From positions 992,001 to 1,056,000 of the forward strand of contig CBDCTZ010000016.1 of NCBI GenBank assembly GCA_965222375.1: 64,000 bases of DNA. Reading direction: 5' to 3'. Origin of the DNA: Polyangiaceae bacterium (GTDB taxonomy: Bacteria; Myxococcota_A; Polyangia; Polyangiales; Polyangiaceae). Shown here one piece after another: positions 31,837-42,123 of this stretch. A program made the position numbers and the translations under genes. The notes beneath the pieces were generated by a model. The model searched no databases and had not been told where the DNA came from. It saw only the letters and a list, made by a program, of their open reading frames with translations. Position 1 is the stretch's first letter. Each line of letters starts with the position of its first letter.

Positions 31837-33039
31837 ATGAGAGCTATTCCTGTCATTGGGGTCCTGCTGTACGTGATTGGTTGTTCGTCGGGTAGCGATG
31901 GCGACGGCGCTGGCAGCTCGTCGTCGGGCGGTGGGGTCGCTGGAACCTCTGGGGCGGGCGCTAGCGCTGGCAGTGGCGGGAGCTCTGCGGGGGCAGCGGG
32001 CACCGCGGGTGTCGGGGGCGTCGCGGGCGCAGGTGGTCTGGCGGGCGCAGGAGGTTCGGCGGGCGCAGGTGGCGGGGCAGGCGCAGGCGGCGTCGCGGGT
32101 GCGGCCGGTAGCGGTGGAGGCGGGACATGGCTGCAAGGGCCGGTGGTATTCGCCGGTGAGACCAAAGGATTGAAGACGCCCTTCCCCGGCGTCGAGGTTT
32201 CTTCTCTCGTGGTCGACCCGGTCAACCCGGGCGTGTTTTGGGTCGCACCCGACAGTGGCCCGACCAACGACTGGGTCGGCGCGTTCGATCTGAAGGGGAA
32301 CAAGTTGGTGCAACGCCCCCTCAAAGGACACTCGAATCCGAATGCCGATCTCGAGGACGGCTTTTCCGGACCCTCACCGCAGGGGCCGGCAATTCACTTC
32401 GCCGAGTCTCAACCCGGCGGCTCGGCGGGCAAGATCCTGCGCTTCCCAGTGCCTCCCGTTGTTGCAGGGCAGAGCACGGACACTTCGTCCCTGACCCCGG
32501 ACTACATCAAGTACAGCCTGAGCGGAGGGGGCGCTGGCGGAAACCAAGACACCGAAGCCTGGGCCATGGATCCCTTCACGGGCACCGCCTACAAGATAAA
32601 CAAGTGGGGTGGCTCCAGCAGCCAAACCGTTCACAAGGCAGTGTTCCGCTGTGTGGGTTTCGACAAGCTGAAGGACGGTGACACGGCCAACTTCGTCTAC
32701 ATGGGCAAGCTGATTCACGGGTTTTCGAACCTGGCGGACGCGGGTTCGAACAAGGGAGTCCTGACCCGAGGAGCGTTTTCCCACTCTCACGGCGACGCGG
32801 GCGGCTCCTACTTGTTCATGGTCGGCAACTACCACGAGCTGATGGTGTGGATTCGGTCGCCCGACAAGACTTGGGAGCAAGTCTGGACTAGCCAACCCGT
32901 GGCTCCCTACGTGTTCGCGCAGCAGGGTGGAGGCTCCGAGGCGGCGGACTTCGCTCTCGACGGCATGGCCATCTACAGCCATAGCGAAGGCGCGGACTTT
33001 CGCCGCATCGACATCAAATCCTTGGGCGTCGCGCCCTAG
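31837..33039 (+). CDS. Lipoprotein with Gly-rich linker and beta-propeller-like domain
   Basis: VIGC lipobox; E.S.L, DSG, D.ED, DTEA motifs. Confidence 0.6.
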   Translation: MRAIPVIGVLLYVIGCSSGSDGDGAGSSSSGGGVAGTSGAGASAGSGGSSAGAAGTAGVGGVAGAGGLAGAGGSAGAGGGAGAGGVAGAAGSGGGGTWLQGPVVFAGETKGLKTPFPGVEVSSLVVDPVNPGVFWVAPDSGPTNDWVGAFDLKGNKLVQRPLKGHSNPNADLEDGFSGPSPQGPAIHFAESQPGGSAGKILRFPVPPVVAGQSTDTSSLTPDYIKYSLSGGGAGGNQDTEAWAMDPFTGTAYKINKWGGSSSQTVHKAVFRCVGFDKLKDGDTANFVYMGKLIHGFSNLADAGSNKGVLTRGAFSHSHGDAGGSYLFMVGNYHELMVWIRSPDKTWEQVWTSQPVAPYVFAQQGGGSEAADFALDGMAIYSHSEGADFRRIDIKSLGVAP

Positions 33040-33180
33040 GGATCCCTCGGGCGTCCACACCCGAAAATGCCCCTAGGAGGCAGCGCGGAAGACGCGGCCG
33101 CTTGCCTGTGGCGGGCCCGCTTGGGCAGAGTTGGGCTAAGCTGGTGCGCGTACTTCTCGCGAGCAGGCGCCTGCAGGCAC

Positions 33181-34314
33181 ATGAGCACTGAAACATCCGA
33201 CGCGCTGCACTCCTTCGAGCAAGGGCCAATTCGGCCGCCCAATGAGGCGTCGAGCCTGTTGGTGCGGGTGACTCGCAACTGCCCCTGGAACCACTGCACG
33301 TTCTGCCCCGTGTACAAGGGCGCGCGTTTCAGCTTGCGCGCGGTCGAGGAGGTGGAAACGGATATCGCTGCGATGGCCAAGATCGCCCGCGCTCTGGAAG
33401 GCGAGCGCGACGGCGCTGCGAGGCTGGGTGAAGTGGATCCCTGGGATCCCGGGGTGCAGCAGGTGGCGCGCTTCGTTTCCGATGGTGGTCGCCATGCGTT
33501 CCTCCAGGATGCCAACAGTCTGCTGACGCCGGTGGAGGACTTCATTCGGGTGTTACGGAGCCTGCGAAGCGCGTTTCCGAAGCTGGAGCGGGTGACGACC
33601 TATGCGCGGAGCCACACCATCTGCAAACGAAGTGCGAGCGACTTGCAGCGGATTCGAGAGGCGGGCCTAGATCGCATCCACGTGGGCATGGAGTCGGGCT
33701 CTGACGAAGTGCTAGCGCTGGCCAAGAAGGGCGTTACGGCAAAGCAGCACATAGAGGCGGGGCTCGCCGTCAAGGCCGCTAGGCTGTCCCTATCCGAATA
33801 CGTGATGCCCGGATTGGGCGGGCGCGCTCTGTCCGACACACACGCTCGCGAGAGTGCGCGGGTGCTGCGAGAAATCGACCCGGATTTCATCAGGCTGCGA
33901 ACTCTCGCGATCCCACCCGGCTCCCTCTTGGCGGAGCTTCGCGCCGCTGGAAAGTTCGATCCGCAATCCGATCTCGAGATCGCCAACGAGCTTCGGTCCT
34001 TCGTTTCCGGATTGGATGGCATCACCGGGACGCTGAAGAGCGATCACATCCTCAACTTGTTCGAGGAACTCGAAGGCACGCTCCCGAAGGACTTGGACGC
34101 CATGCTCGGCGTGCTCGACCGTTTTCTCGCTCTACCCGAGCAGCAGCAAGACGCCTTCATCGTCGGCAGGCGCTTTGGCCTGCTGCGTCGACTCCGAGAT
34201 CTGGACGATCCTGAGCTGCGCGCAGCTGCGGATGCCGCCCTGTCGGCAATTCGGCAGCGCTACCCTGGGCCCCTGGATGCCGCGATGCGCCAGGCCATGA
34301 CGCGTTTCGTCTGA
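33181..34314 (+). CDS. Radical SAM protein
   Basis: RPP.E..SLL.RVT.NCPWNHCTFC, GMESG.D, SDH..N. Confidence 0.88.
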   Translation: MSTETSDALHSFEQGPIRPPNEASSLLVRVTRNCPWNHCTFCPVYKGARFSLRAVEEVETDIAAMAKIARALEGERDGAARLGEVDPWDPGVQQVARFVSDGGRHAFLQDANSLLTPVEDFIRVLRSLRSAFPKLERVTTYARSHTICKRSASDLQRIREAGLDRIHVGMESGSDEVLALAKKGVTAKQHIEAGLAVKAARLSLSEYVMPGLGGRALSDTHARESARVLREIDPDFIRLRTLAIPPGSLLAELRAAGKFDPQSDLEIANELRSFVSGLDGITGTLKSDHILNLFEELEGTLPKDLDAMLGVLDRFLALPEQQQDAFIVGRRFGLLRRLRDLDDPELRAAADAALSAIRQRYPGPLDAAMRQAMTRFV

Positions 34315-34517
34315 GGCGTGCCAGCTCCGTCGATCCCACACGGCAGCGCACGCGCCCAACGCACCGCGTGAGGAACGCGCGAGATTAGGGACCCAACGAC
34401 GCCCTGTGCTCACCCCGTCGGGTGTTGCCCCTTCGGGCATCACGAAGCGCGTCACAAGCGCGTCGACCTCAAAGCAAACGACGCCAACTACCAAACTCGC
34501 TCGGCCAATACCGAGAC

Positions 34518-34943
34518 TCAGTGCCGCCGGTATTTGCAGGTGGGGCAGCGGGCGCCATCGGCTTCGACGACTAGCGACACTTGCCGGCAGCTGGGGCAGG
34601 GCTCGATGTTCGAAAACTCCACGTCTAGGCTACACTTGGAACACCTTCCGGCGTGCAGCCCGCCACCGCCGCCGCCAGGAACGACGTTCCAAGGCGAGCG
34701 GCACTTCGGGCAGCTATTGGCCAGCTCGGCGACGGCGCGCGCTTTCTCCTGCGCCTCCGCTGCCTGCGCTTGTGCGCGTTGCGACGCGCGCACGGACTCT
34801 GCGGCTTGTTCTTCCGCCCGCTGCTCGGCCTGCGCAATCGACGCCTGCCCCGCATCCCGGCACCCGGTGGAGCAATAGATCCCCTCGACCGCCGACTTGA
34901 AAAGCCCGATCTTCTTGTCACATTGCACGCAGACTTTTGCCAT
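34518..34943 (-). CDS. Multi-zinc-ribbon protein
   Basis: Several CxxC pairs around a coiled segment. Confidence 0.55.
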   Translation of the reverse strand: MAKVCVQCDKKIGLFKSAVEGIYCSTGCRDAGQASIAQAEQRAEEQAAESVRASQRAQAQAAEAQEKARAVAELANSCPKCRSPWNVVPGGGGGGLHAGRCSKCSLDVEFSNIEPCPSCRQVSLVVEADGARCPTCKYRRH

Positions 34944-35161
34944 CCCCTGTCCCATTAGAGCACCTGTGCGGGCCAATGCCCAGGATATGTCTGTTCCCCG
35001 AGGGCGGCCTATGGGCGCCTGTCTACCTAGTACGTCGGCGGAGCACGCACGCCGGGCTGGAGCCACTCGGGTGACCTGGCTCAACTCCGTCGCCGTGCAG
35101 CGCTTCGTTGCTGACGCGAAATCCCGAGTGGCTCTTGCCGGAGCGATCTAGGCTACCTCCC

Positions 35162-35755
35162 ATGACCGTTCCGATCAGACGCCTGTGCGTGTACTGCGCA
35201 TCTTCAACGGGCTCGAACGAGCGCATCGTGGCGGCTGCCGAGGGCTTCGGCCGCCTTCTTGCTGATGAAGGAATCGAGCTGGTCTATGGCGGAGGTGCCG
35301 TGGGGCTAATGGGCCGAATTGCCGATACGGTGATGGGAGGGGGAGGTCGGGTCACGGGTGTCATCCCGTCAGGGTTGTTCCCCAAGGAGGTCGGGCACAC
35401 CGGTATCAGCGAGCTCATCGAGGTGACGTCCATGCACGAGCGCAAGGCTGAAATGATGCAGCGTTCGGACGCGTTCGTCGCGTTGCCCGGTGGATTCGGG
35501 ACTCTCGAAGAGCTGGCCGAAGTGCTCACGTGGACTCAACTCGGCATCCATCAGAAGCCCGTTGGTTTGCTGAACATCGATGGGTTTTTCGACGGCCTGC
35601 TCTCGTTCTTCGACAGGTGCATCGCCGAGCAATTGCTGAAGGAAGAAAACCGCCGATTGCTCGTCGACGGAAGCGATCCCGCCGAACTACTGGCGGCGCT
35701 GAGAGCTCATGAGCCGACCCACACCAGGAAGTGGTTGGATCCCGATCAGATCTGA
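35162..35755 (+). CDS. LOG family (TIGR00730) protein
   Basis: LVYGGG..GLMG, MHERK, PGGFGTLEE. Confidence 0.93.
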   Translation: MTVPIRRLCVYCASSTGSNERIVAAAEGFGRLLADEGIELVYGGGAVGLMGRIADTVMGGGGRVTGVIPSGLFPKEVGHTGISELIEVTSMHERKAEMMQRSDAFVALPGGFGTLEELAEVLTWTQLGIHQKPVGLLNIDGFFDGLLSFFDRCIAEQLLKEENRRLLVDGSDPAELLAALRAHEPTHTRKWLDPDQI

Positions 35756-35807
35756 AGGAACGCTCCGAGGCGCTGGGGTTGCCGCCGGAGCGGCATTGGT
35801 CCGCTGA

Positions 35808-36707
35808 TCAGTTGCCGGACATGCGGCAACAGACCACTCCGCCGAGGCTGGAGTCTGCCTTGGTGACGTCGCTCAGCTCGGCTGTCATGTTGGTGCAGTT
35901 CCAGGAGTTGAACGTGGAGGTGCATTGGCTGAACTGCCAAACGTGTGAGAGCGGCGCGCAGGATGCCGGCACCGTGGCCGACGGTACGCTATTCCCACAG
36001 CCCGCCAGGTTGTTCACACCAGTTGGAGTGCAGTCGAGCCCCGCAGAGGTACTTGCACCCTGGCGCGTGACGTAGAACCCTGAACTCATGTTGTTCGAGT
36101 CACAGCCACCAGTACCGGAGCGTTGACCGACTTCGGCAGCGCTCGCGCAAACGCGCCAACCCGCGGAGCACAGGTCCTCGACCGAACAGCCGGTGCCATT
36201 GGGGTTGGTGGACGAGTTGCCCGATACGCGTCCGCAAGCCGGACTCATGGACGCTGGCGACGTGAGGCCCGGCACCGACCAACCGCCGGCGCAGGCCGCA
36301 ATGTTGGGGTGGGTGCCCATGTTCCCGAAGCCCTCCCGGGTTCCGTCGGAGCAGCCGATCGCGTCGCCTACAGCGCCGCCGGTACCCGAACTACCCGCGC
36401 TGCCCCCGGTCGAACCACCGCCTGAGCCGCCCGTGCCGCCACTGCCCGCGCTGCCGCCAGAGCTTCCTGCCGCGCCGCCCGAATTGCCCGCGACTCCCCC
36501 AGATCCGCTCCCGCCCCCTGGGCCGCCCGCCGCGCCGCCTGTCGCGCCCGCTGCTCCGCCGGATGCGCCCGCCGCGCCGCCGGATGCGCCGCCCGATGCA
36601 CCCGCGGCCCCGCCACCTGCACCCGCGCTGCCGCCACTAGCGAAGTCGTCGCCTCCACAGGCCGAACTCAGCGCGACCGCGGCCAGGCCAGCAATCCAAG
36701 CCCTCAT
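35808..36707 (-). CDS. Cys-rich lipoprotein with long Gly/Ala linker
   Basis: SSAC lipobox; GCSDGTREGF...GGVVCC. Confidence 0.7.
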   Translation of the reverse strand: MRAWIAGLAAVALSSACGGDDFASGGSAGAGGGAAGASGGASGGAAGASGGAAGATGGAAGGPGGGSGSGGVAGNSGGAAGSSGGSAGSGGTGGSGGGSTGGSAGSSGTGGAVGDAIGCSDGTREGFGNMGTHPNIAACAGGWSVPGLTSPASMSPACGRVSGNSSTNPNGTGCSVEDLCSAGWRVCASAAEVGQRSGTGGCDSNNMSSGFYVTRQGASTSAGLDCTPTGVNNLAGCGNSVPSATVPASCAPLSHVWQFSQCTSTFNSWNCTNMTAELSDVTKADSSLGGVVCCRMSGN

Positions 36708-36821
36708 CTCTTGAGACTACGGTCTGGCTGCGACCCTGTCGACCGTCGGACGGTATCGGCATGTGTGCCTCCGAAATCCTGTGATGGCGTGTCGGCGAGA
36801 TTTGAGACAGGGTCGGGCCTC

Positions 36822-39515
36822 ATGCCTGCGGAGACCTCCCCAAAGTCCGAGCGGCACCTACATGCTGTGCCGAGCCCGCCGCCCCGCAGGCTGGCGGCGG
36901 AGCGGGATGAGTTTGTTGGGCGCGAGGGTGAGCTGGCAGAGCTGACGGAACTCTGGGACGCGGGCACGCGTTTGTGCTCCATCGTCGGCGCCGGAGGCAG
37001 TGGCAAGACGCGTTTGGCTCTGCACTTCGCCCACGAGCTCGAGACGTCCGCCGGAAACGTTGGAAGCATCACCTTTTGCGGCTTGTCGGATGCGCGTAGT
37101 GGCTTGGATCTGCTCAATGCCGTCGCCTGGGCGACGGATGTGACGCTGCCTCGACGTGGGGACACGGATGCCCTCATCGCGCATCTGGGCCAAGTGCTCG
37201 CGCGGCGCGGACCGATGCTGCTCGTGCTCGACAACACCGAGCATCTGCTGGATGTGGCACGGACCATGTTGGAGACTTGGCTCGATCTCGCCCCAGAGCT
37301 CTGCCTGCTGGTGACGACCCGCGAGCGCCTGCGGTTGCGAGGCGAGCGCTGCGTCACCTTGGGGCCCCTGGCGCTTCCGGATCCGAAAGCGAGCCCTGAG
37401 GACATCTTGAGTACGGACTCGGTGCGGCTGTTCTTGGCGCGGGCGCGCGCGGTGCATCAGTTCCCCGCGGACCCGGAGCTAGCGCCGGTGCTGGCGGAGC
37501 TGGTGGTGAAACTCGAGGGCTTGCCGCTTGCTATCGAGCTATGCGCCGCGCGCAGTGGCGTGCTCGGGCCGACAGAGTTGCTCGGGCGGATCGAGCACCG
37601 CCTCGAGACCCTGGTGAGTCGCGTCGCCACCGTGCCTCGGCACGCGACGCTGCGAGCGGCGTTGGATTGGTCGTGGCAGCTGCTCGATCCCGAGCAGCAG
37701 CGTGGGATTGGACAGTGTGCGGTGTTTCGTGGTGGCTTCGATCTGGAGGCTGCGGAAGCCGTATTCGATCTGAAAGAGCCCGCCCTCGACGTGCTCGAGG
37801 CGTTGATCGACAAGTCCTTGATCAAGGTGCAGCCCGGAATCGGCGGACAGCGAAGGTACTCGCTGCTGGAGAGTGTGTGCGAGCTGTGCGACGAGCGCGC
37901 CGATCCCGAGGAGCGACGCGCGGCCGAAGAGCGCCATGCGCGCCACTATCTCGAGCTCACCACCCACTGGGCCGAGCGGGCCCTGCGCTCCGGCGACGCC
38001 AAAAGCCGTGAGCTGCTGGAGACCGAGTCGCAGAACCTCGTCGCCGTGCATGCCCGGGCCCTGCAGTCCGGCGCCCGGGAGCAGAGCCTTTCTGCCGCCT
38101 TGCGCTTGGAGCCCCTCTTCGTTCGGCGGGGACCTCTGGGCCGCTTCATCGAGCTGCTCGACGGTGCAATCCCCGCCGCTACCGATGAAGACGACGAGCT
38201 GGTGCGGCGGGCGTGCTTGGCGCGCGGTATTGCCAAGCGCAGCTCTGGAGACTGCGCTGGTGCGGTTGCGGATCTCGAGCGCGCTCGTGAGGGCGCTGCG
38301 GACACCACAGCGGTGTGGGCCCTGTCGCAGCTCGGGGTCGCGCACCTGGTGCTGCAGCAACGCGATGTCGCTGAAGAGCGCCTGAGCGAGGCGTCGAAAC
38401 AAGCCAAGAAGCTTCGCGACGACTTCGCGACGGGACAAGTGCACGCGGCCTACGCGATTCTGCGGGGCGCCCAAGAGCGCTTCGACGAAGCATTCGAGCA
38501 CGACCGTACAGCCGGAACCCACTTTCGTCGCAGCGGTGCCAGCAGCGACGAAGCCATCATGCAGTTCTTCCGCGGCTACCTGCACTTGGAACAAGGTTCG
38601 CTGGCCGAAGCCGAGCACTACCTATCCGTCGGGCTCTCGGCACTGCGCGAGATAGGCGAACGGCGACTGGAAGCGCATGCCTTTGCGGACCTCGGTATGC
38701 TGCGCATCGAGCAAGGGCGTTGGGACGAGGCGGCCGAGTGTTTGGAAGCGGCACGCGAGATCGCTGCCGACGTGGGCGATGATCATTGTCGAGGCCTTGC
38801 TCACGGCTATGCGGGACAGAATGAATTCGAGCGGGGCGGCCTCGAAGTGGCGCGGAATCACTTCGAACAAGCCGTGCAGGTGCTGTCGGACGTGGGCGAT
38901 CGCCGCTGGGTCGCCCAGTATCGCGCAGCGATGGCTTGCACCGAGACGCTGCTGGGCCGAAGTGTCCTTGGTGGTGAGCTATTCGAGGAAGCCGCGCGTG
39001 AACTTGCCGAAGCGGGCAAAGGTGACGACCACCTGGTCCTCGAGGGATGGCGCAGCATCTGTGCCGCGCGTCAGGGCGATGGCGGACCGGCGCAACGGTT
39101 TCTCGCCGAGGCTCCGACCAACCCGCACTTCCACTATCGCGCCGTGGCGCGAGTGCTGCGAGCGTCCGAGCAGGGGCGCCGCTTGCGGATCGCAGGGGAT
39201 GCGTCCTGGTTCGAGTTGGAGACCGAGCGAGTGTCCCTCGCCCGCCGCGGCAATCTGCGACGCATCTTGTTGGCGCTGCTCGACAAACACGAGACAAACC
39301 CATCGGCCTGTTTGGACGTGAGCGCTTTGTTCGAAGCGGGCTGGCCTGGACAGCGCATCAATGCGTCTTCTTCCCATCGCGTTCACGTTGCGATGGCCAC
39401 GCTGCGCAAGCTCGGCTTCGGCGAGCTGTTGGTCACTCAGAGTGAGGGCTACTCACTGCTTCGCGAGCTCTCGGTGGAACGCGCGGCGGGTGGCTCGATC
39501 CCGCCGGGGGCGTGA
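36822..39515 (+). CDS. STAND (NB-ARC-like) ATPase with TPRs and C-terminal winged helix
   Basis: FVGR, GAGGSGKT, LLVLDN, EGLPLAIELCAA, TPR run, WPG...RVHVAMATLRKLG. Confidence 0.85.
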   Translation: MPAETSPKSERHLHAVPSPPPRRLAAERDEFVGREGELAELTELWDAGTRLCSIVGAGGSGKTRLALHFAHELETSAGNVGSITFCGLSDARSGLDLLNAVAWATDVTLPRRGDTDALIAHLGQVLARRGPMLLVLDNTEHLLDVARTMLETWLDLAPELCLLVTTRERLRLRGERCVTLGPLALPDPKASPEDILSTDSVRLFLARARAVHQFPADPELAPVLAELVVKLEGLPLAIELCAARSGVLGPTELLGRIEHRLETLVSRVATVPRHATLRAALDWSWQLLDPEQQRGIGQCAVFRGGFDLEAAEAVFDLKEPALDVLEALIDKSLIKVQPGIGGQRRYSLLESVCELCDERADPEERRAAEERHARHYLELTTHWAERALRSGDAKSRELLETESQNLVAVHARALQSGAREQSLSAALRLEPLFVRRGPLGRFIELLDGAIPAATDEDDELVRRACLARGIAKRSSGDCAGAVADLERAREGAADTTAVWALSQLGVAHLVLQQRDVAEERLSEASKQAKKLRDDFATGQVHAAYAILRGAQERFDEAFEHDRTAGTHFRRSGASSDEAIMQFFRGYLHLEQGSLAEAEHYLSVGLSALREIGERRLEAHAFADLGMLRIEQGRWDEAAECLEAAREIAADVGDDHCRGLAHGYAGQNEFERGGLEVARNHFEQAVQVLSDVGDRRWVAQYRAAMACTETLLGRSVLGGELFEEAARELAEAGKGDDHLVLEGWRSICAARQGDGGPAQRFLAEAPTNPHFHYRAVARVLRASEQGRRLRIAGDASWFELETERVSLARRGNLRRILLALLDKHETNPSACLDVSALFEAGWPGQRINASSSHRVHVAMATLRKLGFGELLVTQSEGYSLLRELSVERAAGGSIPPGA

Positions 39516-39643
39516 AAATCCGGCACTTCTAGCTGGGCCACGCCGTCACAGGAGCCAGGAAGACGGCCGGCCATCGAAGTTTTTCGCTCCGGCGGAGGAA
39601 TTCGGCTCAAGGCGCCGCCCGGGGGGCCGTTCACAGAGTTGAG

Positions 39644-40342
39644 ATGTTCCCTATGGTTGGCGAACCAGTCCGCGGATTTGTACAAATCCGTGCGTCTCGC
39701 GCTACCGGCGCGGTGGCTCCGGTGCCACCCGTAACACCCGTCGACCCTCATGCGCCCAACCCCCGCGAGTTTCAACGTGGATTCCAGGGTGCCGCACGCA
39801 TCTCTCTCAGCCCGGAGGGCATGGCGCTTGCCGCCGCGGCGCGTGAGGCGGAGCGTGATCGCGCAAGTGGTGCGAAGGGCGAGACCCGCGGCGCTGCCGG
39901 GTCGACGACGAGCGCCGTGAACGCCGAACTATCCTCGCAGGAGCAAGAACAGGTTGCCAAGCTCAAGGCCCGCGAGCGTGAAGTGCAAGCTCACGAGCAA
40001 GCTCACAAGTCGGTCGGTGGCGCTCGCGCTGGCGCTATCCACTACGAATACCAAACCGGTCCCGACGGCAATCGCTACGCAGTGGGCGGCAGTGTGCCCA
40101 TCGACGTATCCCCCGTGCAGGGTGATCCAGAAGCGACCCTCACCAAGATGGACCAAGTGGCGCGCGCGGCTACCGCTCCCGCGCAACCTTCTAGCGCTGA
40201 CATGAACATTGCTACCAAAGCCGCCGCCAATGCAGCGCGAGCCCGGGCCGAACTCGCTCAACAGCGCTACGCGGAGAGCCAGGAGACGAGTGGCGGCCAG
40301 CTCAGGCAGACACCTAGTGCCCTATTCGGTAGGCGCGTATGA
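39644..40342 (+). CDS. SprA-related family protein (HExxH)
   Basis: EVQAHEQAH, GPDG.RYAVGG.V.ID, APAQPS..D. Confidence 0.8.
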   Translation: MFPMVGEPVRGFVQIRASRATGAVAPVPPVTPVDPHAPNPREFQRGFQGAARISLSPEGMALAAAAREAERDRASGAKGETRGAAGSTTSAVNAELSSQEQEQVAKLKAREREVQAHEQAHKSVGGARAGAIHYEYQTGPDGNRYAVGGSVPIDVSPVQGDPEATLTKMDQVARAATAPAQPSSADMNIATKAAANAARARAELAQQRYAESQETSGGQLRQTPSALFGRRV

Positions 40343-40443
40343 CGACGGCTACCGCGCTGGCCCACTGAGCCGCGCCCTGGGTCACGTTCGGCCCCACGCC
40401 GTGGCCGGCTCGCGATACACTTGCGGAGCAGTGGGGAACACGG

Positions 40444-41031
40444 ATGTCTAGGGCTGGGCAGTACTCTATCCGAGCAGTGATGCCTCAGCTGATCTGGAAG
40501 CTTCTACAGGGCGGTCCGGCTGCAGAACTCGAAGCCGTGTCCGCCAGGATGACGCCCGGAACCTCCGTGGCCATCGAGCGACCGCTAGGCATTGGTTGGT
40601 TGGACATGTACACCCATATGGATATGTGCGTTGCGATCGAGGATGTATTGGGCGCCGAGCGTCACCGAGAAATCTGGCGCAGCATCATCAAGGAGTTCGG
40701 CGGTTCCCGCCTCCTGCGCGGGTTCTTCAAGATCGCTGACAGGAGTGGCACTGCCGGTGTGATGCGGCGGGTCGACGTCGCCTATGCCGCGCAGACCCGT
40801 GGACTCGGTGCGACCCGCTGTCTCGATGCGAACGATGAGCATGCGATGATCGAGCTTCGCGGGTTTCCTGCGCAGGAGTTTTCCTTCGCCAACTACGTGA
40901 ACGGTCTTCAGGGCACGCTGATGGCGGCTATCGAAGTATCTGGCGGAAGTCGCCCGTCGGTCGATGCAGAGCACATCGAAGGCGCAACAGGGTTGTGCCG
41001 CTACCGGCTGAGCTGGGCCGCCCCCGACTAG
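40444..41031 (+). CDS. Myxobacterial hypothetical protein
   Basis: Intact 195-aa ORF ending CRYRLSW, in line with neighbours. Confidence 0.5.
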   Translation: MSRAGQYSIRAVMPQLIWKLLQGGPAAELEAVSARMTPGTSVAIERPLGIGWLDMYTHMDMCVAIEDVLGAERHREIWRSIIKEFGGSRLLRGFFKIADRSGTAGVMRRVDVAYAAQTRGLGATRCLDANDEHAMIELRGFPAQEFSFANYVNGLQGTLMAAIEVSGGSRPSVDAEHIEGATGLCRYRLSWAAPD

Positions 41032-41047
41032 CTGCTATGCTGCGCGG

Positions 41048-42064
41048 ATGCGGCGTCGCAGCTTCTTGTCCGCCCTGCTGGCGCTGCCGAGCTGCGGAAG
41101 CGATGACGGCGTGGCACCCAGGGATGCCGGGGGCAGAGACGGGGCCGGTGACGCTGGCGGTACAGGCGGGTCTCCGAATGCCGATGGTGGCGATGGCGCG
41201 GCGTCCGGGTGGCGCACGGATTCGCCGCTTCCCAATCCGCTCCAGGAGATGACAGCCGTGGCCTACGGTGGTCGCATCTTGGTTGCCGGCGGCTTCCAGG
41301 GGGCCACCATCGTTGACCGTGTGTTGCTCTACGATCCTGTCGGCGACGCGTGGTCCGACGGTCCGCCCATGCCGGCACGCCGCCACCACCTTTCCCTGGC
41401 GGCGCTGAATGGCAGTGTGTACGCGCTGGGTGGGCTGGAAGAGATCACCTTTTCGCCCAAGGCCAGTTGCTTCCGGTTGGATGCCGGCGCGTCAGCCTGG
41501 ACACCGATTGCGCCCTTGCCCAATGCTCGTGGCGCCGCAGCTGCTGGCGCTGTAGACGGGCGGATCGTGTTAGCGGGCGGTTTTGGGACGGGGGCGCTGC
41601 TCCCGTTGTCCTTGCTCTACGATCCCAAAGCGGATCAATGGGAGCTGGGCGCACCGCTGCCATCGCCGCGAGAGCACCTCGCGGGGTTCGTGCACGACGA
41701 CCAGTTTTGGACCGTGGGCGGTCGCGAATTCAGCCTGTCGACCAATACGAACAAGGTCGAGGTCTACGATCCGAAGAGCGACACCTGGCGCGGCGCCCCG
41801 GATCTGCCGACTCCCCGGGGCGGGCTCGGCGCATCGGTACTCGATGGCAAGGCCTACGTCATCGGGGGTGAAACCCCGAGCGCCGCCCTCGACGTGGTCG
41901 AGGTCCTCGACCTTGCGAGTGAAACCTGGACGCCGGGTCCGCCGGTGCCCACACGCCGCCACGGGCACGCTCAGGCGGCAGTCGGCGGACGGATCTACGT
42001 CATCGGCGGCGGGGACGAGCCCAACTTCGCGGCGGTCAGCATCGTCGAGTCCTTCGCTCCCTGA
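41048..42064 (+). CDS. Kelch-repeat lipoprotein
   Basis: RRR..LPSC signal; six GG...YDP...W kelch repeats. Confidence 0.9.
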   Translation: MRRRSFLSALLALPSCGSDDGVAPRDAGGRDGAGDAGGTGGSPNADGGDGAASGWRTDSPLPNPLQEMTAVAYGGRILVAGGFQGATIVDRVLLYDPVGDAWSDGPPMPARRHHLSLAALNGSVYALGGLEEITFSPKASCFRLDAGASAWTPIAPLPNARGAAAAGAVDGRIVLAGGFGTGALLPLSLLYDPKADQWELGAPLPSPREHLAGFVHDDQFWTVGGREFSLSTNTNKVEVYDPKSDTWRGAPDLPTPRGGLGASVLDGKAYVIGGETPSAALDVVEVLDLASETWTPGPPVPTRRHGHAQAAVGGRIYVIGGGDEPNFAAVSIVESFAP

Positions 42065-42123
42065 AGCGAATCACGTCTCATCTCCGCTGGTCCGAGGCGT
42101 CTGCTATTCTGACGGCCGGGGCA

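Noticed and set aside
33280..33306. Non-canonical CX4CX2C motif in the radical SAM protein
   Set aside because: CPWNxCxFC spacing is usual for this subfamily
31319..36714. Pro/Ala-rich ORFs such as 31283-31792, 31206-32324 and 36193-36714
   Set aside because: Antisense shadows of the Gly-rich linkers of real lipoprotein genes in high-GC DNA
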